Positions 1-13,561 of a stretch of DNA of 64,000 bases are shown piece after piece (position 1 is the first letter of the stretch; each line of letters begins with the position of its first letter). Under the pieces are notes generated by a model. The model was given only the letters and a program-made list of their open reading frames with translations. It was not told the DNA's origin and ran no database searches. Where the stretch lies: assembly GCF_018977255.1 (NCBI RefSeq), contig NW_024704743.1, forward strand, positions 17,176,001 to 17,240,000, written 5' to 3'. The stretch is from Callorhinchus milii (taxonomy: Eukaryota). The position numbers and the translations under genes are program-made.

Positions 1-810
1 AAAGCCGGTATCTCGTATGCTTTTTTAACAGCTTTATCTACCTGTCCTGCCATCTTCAAAGATTTACTTATATGATCCCCAGGTCTCTCTGTTCCTTCAC
101 CCCCTTTAAGATTGTACCATCAGCTTATATTGCCTCTCCTCATTCTTCCTCCAAAATGCATCACTTTGCATTTCTCCACATTAAACTTCATCTGCCACCT
201 GTCTGCCCATTTTACCACTGTTTATGTTCTCTTGCAGTCTGGTACTATCCTCCCCATCTTTTATTACTTTTCCTAGCTTAGTATCATCTGCAACCTCGGA
301 AATTGTACTCCCTATACCCAAGTCCAGGTCATTTATGTGGATCAAAACAGCAGTGGTCCCAATACCGACCCCTGGGGGACACCACTGTATATTTCCCTCC
401 AGTCAGAAAAACAACCGTTCACCACCACTCTCTGCTTTCTGTCTCCCAGCCAGTTCGGTATCCATGCTGCCACTGTCCCTTTAATACCGTGGGCTTCAAT
501 TTTACTTACAAGTCTCTCATGTGGCACTTTATCAAACACCTTTTGAAAATCCATATAATCTACATCAACTGCACTACCTTCATCCACTCTTACTTCAAAA
601 AAGCTCTTATCAGGTATGATAGACACAATTTGCCTTTAACAAATCCGTGTTGGCTATCCTGTATTAACCCATATTTTTTCAAAATGAACATTTATTTTGT
701 CCCGGATTATAGTCTTTAGAAGTTTCCTCACTACTAACATTAGGCTGACTGGTCTGTAGTTCCTGGGTTTATCCTTCTGCCTGTTTTTGTACAGGGGAGT
801 AACATTTGCT
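1..810 (-). mobile_element. CR1-clade LINE reverse transcriptase fragment
   Basis: DFQKVFDKVPHERL...WLGDRKQRVVVNG...[14 protein letters not shown]. Confidence 0.9.
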
Positions 811-1179
811 GTATAGGGGAGTTTGCTGTAATAATTAGATACTTAGTCTATCTGAAGTTGAAGATATACATCAGATTACAACCACATCATAGTAATTCAT
901 TGCACTACTTTATAATGGCTGATAATGGATAGCTTTACAATTCAAGAGACGATGAATAAAAGAGAATGAATGAAAGATACCCAATATAAACAAATGGATA
1001 TAAACGATCTATGAATATTGCTACAGAGGAAGACAAACAAAAAAAACATAATTATGGTCAGAAATCTCCTGCTGCCTTCATTGCTACTGGATGATTTATA
1101 GAAGCAATCCATTACCAATAAAACTATTGCTTTGAGCCCTAAAGCACCAAAGTTATACCTTCCAGGAAAGGCTGAACAT

Positions 1180-1545
1180 ACTTGGACCTTCTTTTGAAAA
1201 TAGGAGGATAAGGGGTGACCTGATAGAGATCTTTAAAATGATGAAAGGTTTCGTTAGGGTAGACATAGGAAAGATGGTTCCACTTATGGGGGAGACCAAA
1301 ACCAGGGGCCATCAATATTAAATAGTCACAAATAGATCAAATAGAAATTTCTTCACACAGAAAGTAGTGGGAATGTGGAACATGCTACCAGAAGGAGTTG
1401 TTGAGGCAAATAGCATAGATGTATTTAAGGGAAAGCTAGAGAGGTACATGAGGGAGAAAGGAATAGAAGGTTATGCTTGAAGGCTTAGTTGAGGAAGGGC
1501 AGGAGGAGGCTCATGTGGCCGAATTGCCTGTTTCTGTGCTGCATA
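1180..1545 (+). mobile_element. CR1 LINE 3' end fragment
   Basis: aggggtgacctgatagag...ttcttcacacagaaagtagtg...tggaac, typical CR1 ORF2 C-terminus and 3' UTR. Confidence 0.75.
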
Positions 1546-1569
1546 TTTTAATGTATTCTAATGTATAAT

Positions 1570-2610
1570 GCACACTGAGGTCCCCAAGCCTTTCAAGCAC
1601 CTCTCCCATCCCTACTCGCTCTCCTTCAAAATCCTCCTTGTGTACTGCCCCCCAAACCTCCTAACTCCTTCTTCACGGACATCTCCTCTCTTCTCTCATC
1701 CCTGCCCCTCTACACTGAACGCCTGCTCATCATCGGTGATTTCAACCTTCATCTCAACTTCTACTGCCCCACTTCCTCTGACTTCACTGCACTCCTCTCC
1801 ACCCTAAATTTCACCCTCCATATAAACTCCCCGAACCTGCAACTGTGCCCACCCTCTGGACTTCGTTATCACCCATGGCTTAGATATCTCCAGTCTGTCC
1901 ATCATGGACATCTCAGACCATTTCCTCGTTTCCCTCTCCTCGCATCCCTCTCCCTTTCATCAAGCCCTCCACCATCCTTTTCCGCCCATGAAAAAGGCTT
2001 CCCCCGAGACCCTCACAAATGCCCTCTGATCCTTAGGTCTCCTCTCCCTCTCGCCTTCCACCAACAGCGACCCTGATGCAGCCGTCAAGCTGCTCCACGA
2101 TTGTCTCTTCTCTATGTTCAACTCCCTTGTCCCTCTGAAATCCAGGACCCCGTCACAGAGAGGATCAACTTCAAGATCCTCACTCTAGTGTTCAAATCCC
2201 TCTACGCCTTGGCACTTTCCTATCTCTCCAACCTCATCCCTCCCCACAACTGTCTCCAAATCCCCCCGCTCCCCCTGGTACAAGAGCCATCTCTGCTCCC
2301 TGAAATCACAAACCCGGTTGTTCGAGCGCAGTTGGCAGAAAACCAGCCTCACAGTTCACCACCAGCTGTGGTTCGCGTACCCTCACATCTCCCTCTCGCA
2401 AGCAAAAACTGCACACTGCTCAAAGTTCATTCTGGAGGCCAAAAATAACTCCAAAATCCTATTCTCCACCACCCAGCACCTCCTCCATGCGCCCCCTCAA
2501 GCACCTCCAATCATCACATCAAACGGCATGTGTGAAGAGTTCATGGTCTTCCTTATCTGTAAAATAGAAAACATCCACCTGGTAGCATCATCCTCCTGCC
2601 CTATGTCCCC
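1570..2610 (+). mobile_element. Decayed L2 LINE ORF2 (endonuclease region) fragments
   Basis: YCPP, GDFNLH-like and SDH-like motifs; pyrimidine-rich L2 composition. Confidence 0.65.
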
Positions 2611-2619
2611 TACCCCACG

Positions 2620-3133
2620 ACAAATATGACAATAACAAGTCCATATAAGGAACTGGTGATCACAAGAGTGGAGAAGTTATATGGCCTTGTGACCCCGAGT
2701 CATGTGGTTTTTATCTTATAATGGCTGTGCAGTATCGCTCAAAAACAAGATAAGGAACAAACACGTGAGGAACATCTAATTTGGGAGGGAAAATACATAT
2801 GATAAAGGGGCAATGCTTGTTGCAAAGTAAAATATGATTTAACACTATAAAGGGTGAACCAAAAATTAGAATCAACGCAGTAGTTCGAGAAGGGACAAAG
2901 CGGAAGGAGACGCAGCTCCAGGTGCCGAGGGGTCACTGCACTCCTCTCCACCCTAAGTATGCCCAGGGTCCAAGAACCGGGTAATATGGTCTTGATTCTG
3001 TAATTATTGCTTGCAATACATGTTGTATGATGATTCTGCTTATATTACAATAAACCTTCATTACACCCACTTGGGATTGTCAGGTTGTTCATTGATTACG
3101 ATACGATGAGGGAAGTCTTTCTAAGTACCAACA
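2620..3133 (+). mobile_element. Possible solo LTR interrupting L2
   Basis: Composition shift inside L2 sequence, AATAAA near 3049, ends in ...accaaCA; no clear TSD. Confidence 0.35.
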
Positions 3134-3139
3134 CTCTTC

Positions 3140-5917
3140 TCAGGATCAGTCCCACTCCCCCTCAAAACTGCCATCATCACCCGCCTCCTTAAAAAGCTAC
3201 TCTCAACCCCTCCAACCTCGGGCACTACCACCCTATCTCAATCCTGCCCTTCCTGGCCTAAGCTTTGGAACACGTTGTTGCCAACCAACTTCGCGCACAC
3301 CTCTCCCTCTACTCCCTACTCGAACCCCTCCAGTCCGGTTTCCGCCCTGCCCACAGACAGCACTCGTGAAAGTCACAAATGATGTCCTTTCTATCTGTGA
3401 CCAGAGTTCTCTCTGCTTCCTCGTCCTCCTGGACCTCTCCACCACATTCGATCATGCCATTCTCCATTCCCTCCTCCATCGTCCAAAGCAGTGGGACCGC
3501 ACTCGTTTGGTTCGAGTCCTACCTTACAAACTGCCAGCACTACATTTCTGCAAATGTTTTTTCTTCTCACCCCGCCGATCACCTGTGTAGTACCCCAAGG
3601 CTACATCCCTGGACCCCTTCTCTTCCTCTGCTCTCTCTTGGTGATGTCATCCGCAGAAACGGAGCTAACTTCCACATGCATGCGGATGACACTCAACTCT
3701 ATTTCTCATTCCCACATGAAACCGACCACCTGCTCCCTCGACACCATCCCTACCCCTCCTTACCTTCCAGCTCCACCTCCATGTCTACTCACAGACATCA
3801 TAAACCTCTCCCTGTCCACTGAGTTGGGATTTCCGATCCCGTAGTTTGAAATATGACTCGACAATCCAAATATGGTGTAGCAAGGTTTAGTATGAACAGA
3901 GTGAACACAACATGCATTAACAAGTTACTACAAATGTCTAACAAATTATACTACCAGTCTTTGAAGACAGTCACACAACGTCACGGAACACCTTCCTTGT
4001 GATTCTTAAGGGGACCTCTCCACACTGGTCTCTCTCTCTCTCTCTGGAGCCTTCCTGTTCTTCTAACAGCTCTCACCTAGAGTGCCATAGTTATACTCTT
4101 TCTCCAAGTGTCCTTTCTAGGGCCCCTCTACCCACTTCTGATACTGTCACTTACTCAGGTTAATCAATCATTTGGCTTGGTGCCTGACTGAGTCTGCACG
4201 AGGTCTTCCCTTTGTCCTGTCTAAATTAGGAGATTGATCAGTTTAGGGTTGTATCTGGTGCTTGTTATTTTGTTATGTGGGATCATTAGTATATTCCTTT
4301 TAAGTGACTGTTTATTTCTTATCAGTATCCCAGGATGGTACCAAGGCCCTCTAGTTTAAACAACTTGCTCATTAGTTGCTATTCTTGAGGGTTGCCTTTT
4401 GTCGTTTGGCAGACCCTGTCAGAATCTAGCGACTTATTGCTAAGTCAAGATCCTGTGTCGACCGGTACTTTGGACCGTTACCTCTGTGGGCTTGTTGTTA
4501 TTTACTGATAAGTGGTGACCCGATGCCCTTTTTCAAAGCTGTCTTGTTATTCTTTCAGAAACCGAGAAAAACAGATGTCTCCTATCCCATGACCGTCAGT
4601 ACTTTCTCCATTCTACATTTGTTTAATGTTCATTATTATTAGACTACAACTTGTATAATCTAACAACTGGTACTGTTCCCACCCCATTAAAAGCAGTCGT
4701 CATCACTCCTATCCTTAAAACACCCTCCCTGGACCCATCACTGCTCTCAAATTACCACCCCATCTCCAACCTCCCCTTTCTTCTCAAGGTCCTGGAAAGA
4801 GTTGTTGTTTCCCAGCTTTGCTCCTTCCTCTCCCGACACTCCCTTCACGAACCCCTCCAATCAGGTTTCCGTGCCGCCCACAGCACAAAGTGACAAATGA
4901 CATTCTGTCCATCTGCGACCAGGGATCCCTCTGCCTCCTCGTCCTCGACCTCTTTACTGCCTTCAACACCATTGACCAGTATCCTCCTCCACCCCCTCTC
5001 ATCTCTCACCTCAATCTTCACAGCTCTGGCCTTGACTGGTTCAGATCACACCTCTCACACCAACTCATCTTCATTTCCGCAAATGGTTTCTCCTCTAGCC
5101 CCCGCATCGTCTCGTGCTGCGTTCCTCAGGGCTCTCTCTGTCCTTGGCCCTACACCTCAGGGGCTGACAGCATCACTATCCATGGATGCACACTTCACCT
5201 TAATAAGCCAGTCCAGAGCCTTGGCGTTTTGTTTGACCCTAAATTATCCTTTCTACCCCACATCCGTGCCATGAACCCCTCTGCCTTTCTCAACCTCCGC
5301 AACATTGTCCGGTTCCACCACTGTCTTTCATTGTAGGCCTCTGAAACCCTCATACACGCATTCATAACATCCAGGCTTGACTATGCAAACTCCTTGCTTG
5401 TCGGCCTCCCCAACTCCTCCCTCCACAGGCTGCAGATCATCCAGAACTCTGCAGCCCATGTCCTCTCCCGCACCAGGCTCCGTGACCCTATCACCCCCAT
5501 TCTCGCTTGACTCCACTGGCTTCCCATTACACAGCGGATACAGTTCAAGATCCTGGTTCTCACCTTCAAAGCCCTTCATGGTCTTGCTCCCCCCTACCTC
5601 TGCGACTTCCTAACCCCCTACCATCCTTTCTGTTCCCTCCGTTCAGCAGGCTCCGGCCTGCTTCACTTCCCCCACCTTGCCCACCCCACCATTGGCGGAC
5701 GCGCCTTCTGCCACTCTGTCCCCACCCTCTGGAACTCCATCCTGCAGTCCTTCCACCTTGCCCCCTCCCTTGCCTCCTTCAAGACCCATCTCAAGACCCT
5801 CCTCTTCAACCGTGCTTTTGATCACTCTGCTTTCCGAAACTCTGACTGTCCAAGCACCTTGGGACATCCTCCCGATGTGAAAGGCGCTTTACAAATGTAA
5901 TTTAGTTGTTGTTGTTG
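3140..5917 (+). mobile_element. L2 LINE RT and 3' end fragments (interrupted by an LTR-like insertion)
   Basis: PISNLPFL.K.LE, QSGFR, LDLS, VPQG and HADDTQLY motifs; tail ccttgggacatcctcccgatgtgaaaggcgct...(gtt)n. Confidence 0.88.
3822..4665 (-). mobile_element. Solo LTR-like insertion with 4-bp TSD (ACTG)
   Basis: Splits the L2 sequence tccACTG|gtac; minus strand begins TGTTAG; 4220-4600 is homologous to 49480-49850. Confidence 0.6.
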
Positions 5918-5924
5918 ATAGCAA

Positions 5925-6360
5925 GGCTTAAAGGGTTAAATTATGAGGACAGGTTAAATAAACCTGTTTCCTTGAGTTCAGAAGGTTGAGGAGTGATCTA
6001 ATTGAGATATTTAAAATATAAAGAGATTCATTTAGAGTAGATACAGATAAACTATTTCCTCTGGTGGGTGAATCCAGAACAAGGGGACATAATCTTAAAA
6101 TTAGAGCTAGGCCATTTAGGAGTAAAATTTTTACCCAAAGAGTAGTGGAATTCTGGAACTCTTTCCCCAAAAGGTTGTGGATTCTGGATCCATTCACGTT
6201 TTCAAGGCGGAGGTACATAGATATTTGTTAGGTCAGGGTATTAAGTAATATGGGGCAAGAGCAGGTAACTGGACTTGGGGTACAGATCAGCCATAATCTT
6301 ATAAAATGTAGGAAGAGGCTCAAGGGTCTGAATAGCCTACCCTTGTTTCTGTGTTTCTAT
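5925..6360 (+). mobile_element. CR1 LINE 3' end
   Basis: gagttcagaaggttgaggagtgatctaattgag...tccagaacaaggggacat...tggaactc. Confidence 0.8.
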
Positions 6361-6894
6361 TTTTTCTATATTATACAGTGTGTCACACATTTTTCCAGTC
6401 TATGAGTAAGATCTTCCTTTTTGATCGTGCTTAAGGTCACCTTCCCCCCGTTCCTCTTCCCATGGCTCGTTGTCAGACTCCACCACTGTGAAGCGCTCCG
6501 GGACACTACACCACGTAAAGGGTGCTATATAAATATAAAGTTTTTTGTTGTTGTGGTTGTTGTACTTTACATTTACCAATGTTAAACTTCACTTGGAATG
6601 TATCTTGCTGAGCCTAATGCACAACCAATCTAAATTATTTTGCAATCCTCTTGCTCCAAAGTTATTTTTGTTGCTCTCTCTATTTTCGTGTTGTCAATTA
6701 TTTTTGGAAAGTGAGTCTCTGACACATAATAATACTTACACTTGGTATAGAGTCTACTCTATACCAAGTACTGACTCAAAGTGCTTTACGGGATATACTG
6801 TAAAGTGGTATGTGTGTATTGGGTAAATGCATAAGCCAATTTTGCATAGATCAATAATAATCCTATTAATCCTTGCAATTGGTTTAGTGACTTT

Positions 6895-7048
6895 CACCGG
6901 TCGCCCTCCCACCTCTCTGCCTTCCCTCACCCCTACCCCACCCCTTCCCAATGCTCGGGTCCTGACCCCTGACTGTCCAGCGCCTTGGGACATCCTCCCG
7001 ACGTGAAAGGCGCTCTATAAATGTAATTTTGTTGTTCTTGTTGTTGTT
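6895..7048 (+). mobile_element. 5'-truncated L2 3' end
   Basis: ccagcgccttgggacatcctcccgacgtgaaaggcgctctataaatgtaattttgttgtt. Confidence 0.8.
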
Positions 7049-7369
7049 TCATGTTAAGAGGACATTCCAAAGCTTTTCACAGGATTTACTGTGCAGTGAT
7101 TGTGTATTTGTAGGCAAATTTGGAAGCCCAATTGTACACAGCAATGTCCCACACACAGCCATGAAATAAATGACCAAATATACTTGGGGATTAATAGCCA
7201 GAATATCGGGAGAAACTCCCTTCTCTTTTCAAATAATACCATGGGATCCTTATTGTACACTTAGCAGGCAGATGGAATCTCAGTTTAACATCTGACAATA
7301 AAGCACACCCTGAGGACGGCATGATTATTATATTATTAGTGTCAGCTCGGGCTATGCGAGTTCAATAAT

Positions 7370-7712
7370 AAATAATAATCCTTGCATTTCATACAGCGCT
7401 TTACACGTCATTGAGGCGTCTCAAAGCGCTTCACAGAATATACCGTAAAGTGGATTGACTACATTTTGTGGGCAAAATGCACAATTGCACACAGCAGTGG
7501 ATTGAATGACTAAATTATTATTATTATTTGAAGGGATTATTACTCCCAGAAAGCAATCCGCCAACCGACTCGCACCGGGTTCCTACTTACTGCTGAGTAA
7601 TTAGAGGCATGTGGAGTAATGAAACTTGCCTGAGGTTTTACCCCGCATGGGAATCGCACCCAGGTCCTCGCTTGCGAGGCGAGCGCTCTACCCAATTCGC
7701 TACAGGATTCCT
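7370..7712 (-). mobile_element. tRNA-derived SINE with L2-like tail
   Basis: Reverse complement of the family at 8819-9134, with (TTA)n tail. Confidence 0.75.
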
Positions 7713-8189
7713 GATCTACCCTCGGATTAAATGGTTTGATATGAATGGTCACCGGAAACATTGTGGGATAAACCAAATGACTCGTATATCTGATTTTAAA
7801 TGACCCGATCTACATTCTCAGATTAGACGTGCAATTGCTTTGGGATTCCTAAATTCTATTCCGCACAGCAAATTATTCAATTGTCCGGTATTCAATCAAC
7901 CGAATTTCACTGTAGCGGTACAAGTCTAATTCTGTTGTCGTCGTCGTTGTTGTTGTTGTTGTAGTAACAGCGCCTTGGGACGTCCTCCTGACGTGAAAGG
8001 CGCTTTATAAATGGAATCTTGTTGTTGTTGTTGTTGTAGTAAAACAAACAAATCTGATTGGGTGTGAAGCTCCCGGGGGTTTTGCCCAAGTGCTGTCTCC
8101 TGTGACTCTGCTGTCACAGGGCTGTGTGTGGGGCTGAGGTGAGAGTGGGTGGGGTGGGGGGGTGGTGCGGGGGGGGGGGGGGGGGGGGT

Positions 8190-8450
8190 CACTCTTGCTC
8201 TCTTTCTCTCTCTCGTTTGGCCGCTGATCTTTGGCGCAGGAGGAGTGCTGGTCCTCCGGCTGCGTTGGACGGTGGGACACAGGCCGTGACGCTCACCCGC
8301 ACTCGCTCGGTGTCTGACAACAACAACAACTACTACTACCACCACTACTACTACTTGCATCCGTTTAGCGCCCTTCGCTCGGGAGCAGCAGCTTGTGGAG
8401 CTCAACCGGGCAGAGCTCAACGCCGAGCCAGCGGGAGAGAGTAAGCGCAG
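8190..8450 (+). promoter_or_regulatory. Putative CpG-rich promoter / non-coding first exon of copy A
   Basis: Homologous to 31234-31520 and 62765-63050 (ctcttgctct...gctgatctttggcgc.ggagga...gacgctcac); conserved donor-like gtaagcgcag at 8441; preceded by a G-run. Confidence 0.5.
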
Positions 8451-8818
8451 TGGAAGAGGAAGGTCTTCAGGTGTCTGCCCTCTGAATGAGGGGACGGAGG
8501 CGGCCAGGCAGAGTTTCAAAGTTTCGGGCGTAGCGGCTGAAAGCACGTGCGCCGATGGTGGAGAGATGGGGATAATAATAACAATACAAATAATAATAAT
8601 AATAATCCTTCCATTTGATATGAGGCCTCATCACATCGATGTCTCAAAGCAGTTCTTTATGGAGTGTCCCACAAGGAACAATGAGAAGAGCAGCCAAATT
8701 AATTTGAATTTGGGGACACATTTGGATTAGGAGAAGAAGATGAACCAGGAGAAAGACTCCCAAGTTTTCTTTGAAATGGAAATGGCAGGGTGGGCCCTCT
8801 ACATGTACCTTAATCAGT

Positions 8819-9134
8819 GGAGTCCTGTAGCTCAGTGGTTAGAGCACTCGCTTTGCAAGTGAGAGACCTGAGTTCAATTCCAGGCGGAGGGCGAAACCTT
8901 GGGCAAGTTTCCTTACTCCACACAGAGCCTAATAATAATCCCTCCAAAACAAAACAATAATAAATTGGTCATTTTCAATCCACGACTGTTTGTGGGACAT
9001 TGCTGTGCGCAATTGGCTGCCGCGTTCGCCCACAAATATACAGTCAATTCACTTTACAGTATATTCTGTGAAGCGCTTTGGGACGTCTAGAAGACGTGAA
9101 AAGCGCTATATCAAATGCAAGGATTATTATTATT
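8819..9134 (+). mobile_element. Full-length tRNA(Ala)-derived SINE
   Basis: A-box tagctcagtggttagagc, TGC anticodon-like loop, B-box gagttcaattcc, core gtttgtgggacattgctgtgcgcaattggctgccgcg, tail gcgctatatcaaatgcaagg(att)n. Confidence 0.9.
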
Positions 9135-10309
9135 AATCACATGTCAGGTGGAACCTAACATCTTAACACAGTGAAAAAATAGGATGATGACTCCATCCCA
9201 GAGTCCCTCCAACTCGCTCTCTCACTCACCACTTTTAAGGGTCCGTCTCAAGTCCTTCCTCTTTGACTGCACCTACGGTCATCTTTCATCTCTCCACCCG
9301 CTCCTCCCACCCCCAGCTCAGGTGCCAAAGCAGGACTGGCAAGGGCCTTAGGACAGATTGCCACTGTTTAAAGTGCTGTATAAAAGTAAGTTTGTATTGT
9401 ACATTATATATAACTTTGTTCTGCAGGGGAATAGCCACTAATCTGCATTTCACAAACGACAAGTGGAAACAACTGAGGAAAAAATCGGAAGGAAGCAAAA
9501 TCAGGATCACAAAGACTTGACACTTCTGCTCTGAGATTCCTAGGTATCTTTAAAGTCTGCTTTTACCCAGTTTCACTATAAATACATGAATGTTTTAGCG
9601 AACGTTTCTTAAAAATCTATAAACACGGTTGAAGAGGAAGGTACCTGAAGATGGGAAAGAATACGCTACCTGAAGATGGGAAAGAATGGGGAAAGGTGGA
9701 GGGTTAGAGGGAGAGTGTTCCAGAGTTTCGGGGCCACCAACAGTGGAACGGAGAGCACGAAGGACAAGCAGGAGGCTTTGGTATGACCTCAGTGTGATTT
9801 AGGAGTCTTTTTGGTGTTGAACTATGTTACTTCGCACCCGAATTGGTTACGTTTGTTACTAGTGATCCGCGAGTGAAAGCTGTTTGGAGTTGGACTGTTG
9901 AGTTCTCTGATCAGTTCCCTTCAACAATGAGCAGAAAATCAGTGATAGATATTTTTCACCACAAAACATATCTGTTTTATTCTCCATCAAATTATTTTCC
10001 CCCTTGATTTTCCCTTTTTCTACAGAAGAAACCCGAAAATTATACTTTCAAAAATAAATTAGAAAAGTTAACTTATTCAGGGTACACATTCTTTCTTAAT
10101 GGAGTATTCAAAACAACAGACAGCCATCTTAGTGTAGAAAGAGGCTGCCCTCTGCCATATTGAGGGAAGTCACGTCATTTCATATTCAATGTGTTTTATT
10201 TCTGCACATAGTGAGTGGAGAATTCTGAAGTATAGCATTAAATCGGAAGTTGTCTTTCTGCTGTTCTTAAAAGAGTTTATAATTAATTAATTATCCTTAT
10301 AGTGGGTTG

Positions 10310-10610
10310 GTAATCCGAGGACACCGGTTTAAAATAGTTGTTAGAAGAAACAGGGGAGGTGAGGAGAAATTTTTTCACACCGTGAGTTGTTCGGATCTGG
10401 AATGCATTGCTTGAAAGGGGTTGGAAGCCGATTCGATAACGACTTTTAAGAGAAAAGTAAATAATTATATGGGGAGGACAAGTTTGCAGGGCCGTGGGGA
10501 GAGACTGTGTGGAGTGGGATTGAATTGGATAGCTCTTTTCAAAGAGCTGGTATAGACACGATGGGCCGAATGGCCTCCTTCTGTGCTGTATAATTCTATG
10601 ATTCTATGAA
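10310..10610 (+). mobile_element. CR1 LINE 3' end with (ATTCTATG)n tail
   Basis: gatgggccgaatggcctccttctgtgctgta...attctatgattctatg. Confidence 0.85.
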
Positions 10611-11829
10611 GTGCCCTTTATATTGGGAGGTTGTCTCACAGTGCTTCACAGGGTATACTGAAGTCCAGTGATTGTGTATTTTGTGGGAGATTGCGGCTGC
10701 CATTTTGCACAGGGGGGGGACAAGACTCTGGAGGGATTTGCAGTGTCAAAACAGTGTGAGGCAGCTATAAATAAGGCAAAAAGGATTCTGGGCTATATTG
10801 CCAAATCTTGGGGTTCAAATCCCTAGATGGAGTACTCGAGCTGCAGTGTGCTGGTGAGGTAGGACATAGAGTACTGCATACAGCATAACAACAACTTGCA
10901 TTTATTAAGCATCCTTCCCAAAGGGTAGTGGCCCAAGCCCTATAGGTGCTGTAAAGTAGAACAATGAGAACAGTTATAATCCTTACATTTGATACAGCGT
11001 CTCTCACGTCGAGAGGATGCCTCAATGCCTCAATTTAACATCTCATCTGAAGGGCAGCACCTCCATCAATGCAATCCACCCCCAGCACTGCATTGGCTTG
11101 TCAGCATTTACTGTGAGTTTCAAGTCCCAACTTGGAGTTGGAACCCACAACCTTCAGACTCAGAGGTGAGTCTACCGACTGAGCCAGGCTGACTCATCTA
11201 GATGATACGAAGCGTTAGAGGAATGAGTCATGAGAAACAATTGGATAAGGTATGGTTCTTCAGTCTTCAAAGCAGAAGTGTCAAAGAGGATTTCCGGGCA
11301 GGCCAAAACCTTAGGCAAGTTTCCTTATTCCATATGCCTATTTTTATCTCGCGTTAAGTAGGAATCCGATTGTTAGTCAATTGACGGATCGCTTTTCCAG
11401 GAGTAAATAATCCCTTCAAAATAATAGTAATAATAATTTGGTCACTCAATCCTCGACTGTTTGTGGGACACTTCTTTGCACAATTGGCTGCCACGTTTCA
11501 CCCACAAAATATACATTCAATTCACTTTACAGTATATTTTTGTGTAGCGCTTTGAGATGTCTTGAAGACGTGATAAGACACTATAGCAAATGCAACTGTT
11601 ATTATTTTTATTATTTCTTTATCCAAATTAATTTTGTGAACATTAGGAGCAATTTTGTGTGGAGAATGCTTCGTTATACAGTTGAATAGTAGCTTTCATA
11701 TGCATAATTAGCATGAATTTCTTTCTAGACTCAAGAATAGAATTTGTTCTTGAAACCTGATATTTTCACTTCCTTCAAGCCATTATGCCTCATCAAATGC
11801 TTTGGATTGTTTGTAAGATTTATTCTACA

Positions 11830-13000
11830 ACAACAACTTGTATTTATCATCGAGTTCTTTATGAAGGATAACTTCTCAGAATGCTTCACTGAGATGGGTT
11901 TGTCCACCAAGCAAGAGAGAGGGAGGAGGCTAAAGCATTTTCAAAGAGGTAGGATTTGAGGCAGGACTTAAAAGACCGAAAGAGAGTAGATGAGATGGAG
12001 TGGAAAAGAGAAGTAGTTCCAGATGTTAGGGCTGTAGGAACTGAAGGGAGCATGTGAAAGATTAGGTTAGGAGATCAGAGAGATAAGGGGATGCCAAAGA
12101 TTGGATTGATTTGTAGGGGAGGGTGAGGAGCTTGAAATCAATCCATTGGGAGACAGTAGAGACTACCAAGGCCTGGGATGATGGTTGTGTGGAGTTTGGT
12201 CTGGGTGAGGATGCAGGCGGTGAAGTTTTGGATAAGTTGCAGCTAGTGATTGGTGTTGATAGGGAGACCATTGAGGAGCATATTGGCAAATACTAAGCGG
12301 GATGTGCCGATATTTATATTCTTTATAAATGGAATCTTGTTGTTGTTGTTGTTGAGATAGGATGTGGGTAAGTGTTTCAGCAGAATTGCATGTGAGATAG
12401 GGCAGAGATGGGCAATGTGATGGATATGAAGAAATACAGTCTTGGTGACGGACTGGATTTGAGGGAGAAAGGATAACTGGAAATTGGTGTATGCCAAGGT
12501 TTTTTTTTTGCACACTAGTTTGGAGCTTTTGAGAGAAAGGCCAGGGAGGTTTAGGAGTTAGGAATCAGAAAAGAGGTGCAGTTGGCAAGAGCTGAGGGCT
12601 TCTGTCTTATTCATATTAAGTTGAAGGAAGTTTTGGTTCGCCCAGGTCTTCATGTCTGACAGACAGATAGAGAGAACATCAGTAGACCTGGAGTTGAGTT
12701 GAAGTGGAAAAGTAGATTTGGGTGTAGTAATTACAGATGTGGAAGTTAATCCCATGTCTGTGGATGATATTGTCAAACGGGAGCATGTAGATGAGGAAAC
12801 AGAGTGCCAAGGTTAGCCTCCTGAGGTACACTGTAGATGACCATTCGGGGTGAGGAGGGGGTGAGGGGTTCTTTGGGGTGGGGGGGAGGAAGGAAGGAAA
12901 GACAAAGTGGAGGCTATGATCAGGTAAGAATGGAATCAAGAGAGCGCGGTCCCACGTTGATGGATGATGCAAAAAGGTGATTGAGCAGGATGGAATGATG
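11830..13000 (-). mobile_element. Old L2 LINE fragment
   Basis: Minus-strand NFLQLNMNKTE, FLIYMLP and IDFKLLTL motifs. Confidence 0.75.
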
Positions 13001-13561
13001 GAGTTCTGAGACTCTACTGTTTAATATTATTAGTGGATTTTGTTTCTCGTGTTATGTTATTTATTGGCTCTGTATTATGTCCACTCCCTTACCTATCTAT
13101 ATCCCTTTACAAATTTCTGCTCTTAATAAATGTATCTCCTAGGCTAGTGGCATATGCATATGTGAATTATACTTGGACTTAGTCCTCTCTATTCCTATTT
13201 CTCCCATGCTTGACATCCAACCCCATATTTGCGAACACTCCAGAATATTATTACATTAGCCAAGTTTCCTTACTGCACAAGCTTCTGTTTACCCAACAGT
13301 AGGAAGGAACCCAATTGTTGTTTATTACATTGCTTTTCCGGGGGTAATACTGTACCAAAAAATAACAAATAAAAATAATAATAACTTGATCGCTCAATCC
13401 ACGACTGTTTGTGGGACACTGCCGTGTACAATTGGCTTCCGCGTTTCTCCCACAAAATATACACTTTACAGTGTATTCTGTGAAGCACTTTGAGACGCTA
13501 TATCAAGTGCTATATGAATTGCAAGGATTATTATTATCCTATGTGAATGGTGTAATATAAC

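Noticed and set aside
7926..8546. 206-aa minus-strand ORF
   Set aside because: Built from microsatellites and G-runs (poly-V, poly-P, poly-Q) over the CpG-rich module; no recognisable domain.
8819..8890. tRNA-Ala(TGC) gene (also at 25765)
   Set aside because: It continues directly into a SINE body and L2-type tail, so it is a SINE head.
10026..10210. Possible upstream exon of copy A (ctacag acceptor; ATG at 10189 gives MCFISAH with a phase-1 gtgagt donor)
   Set aside because: Phase-compatible but with no homology support, and copy A already has a strong ATG at 14682; left unannotated.
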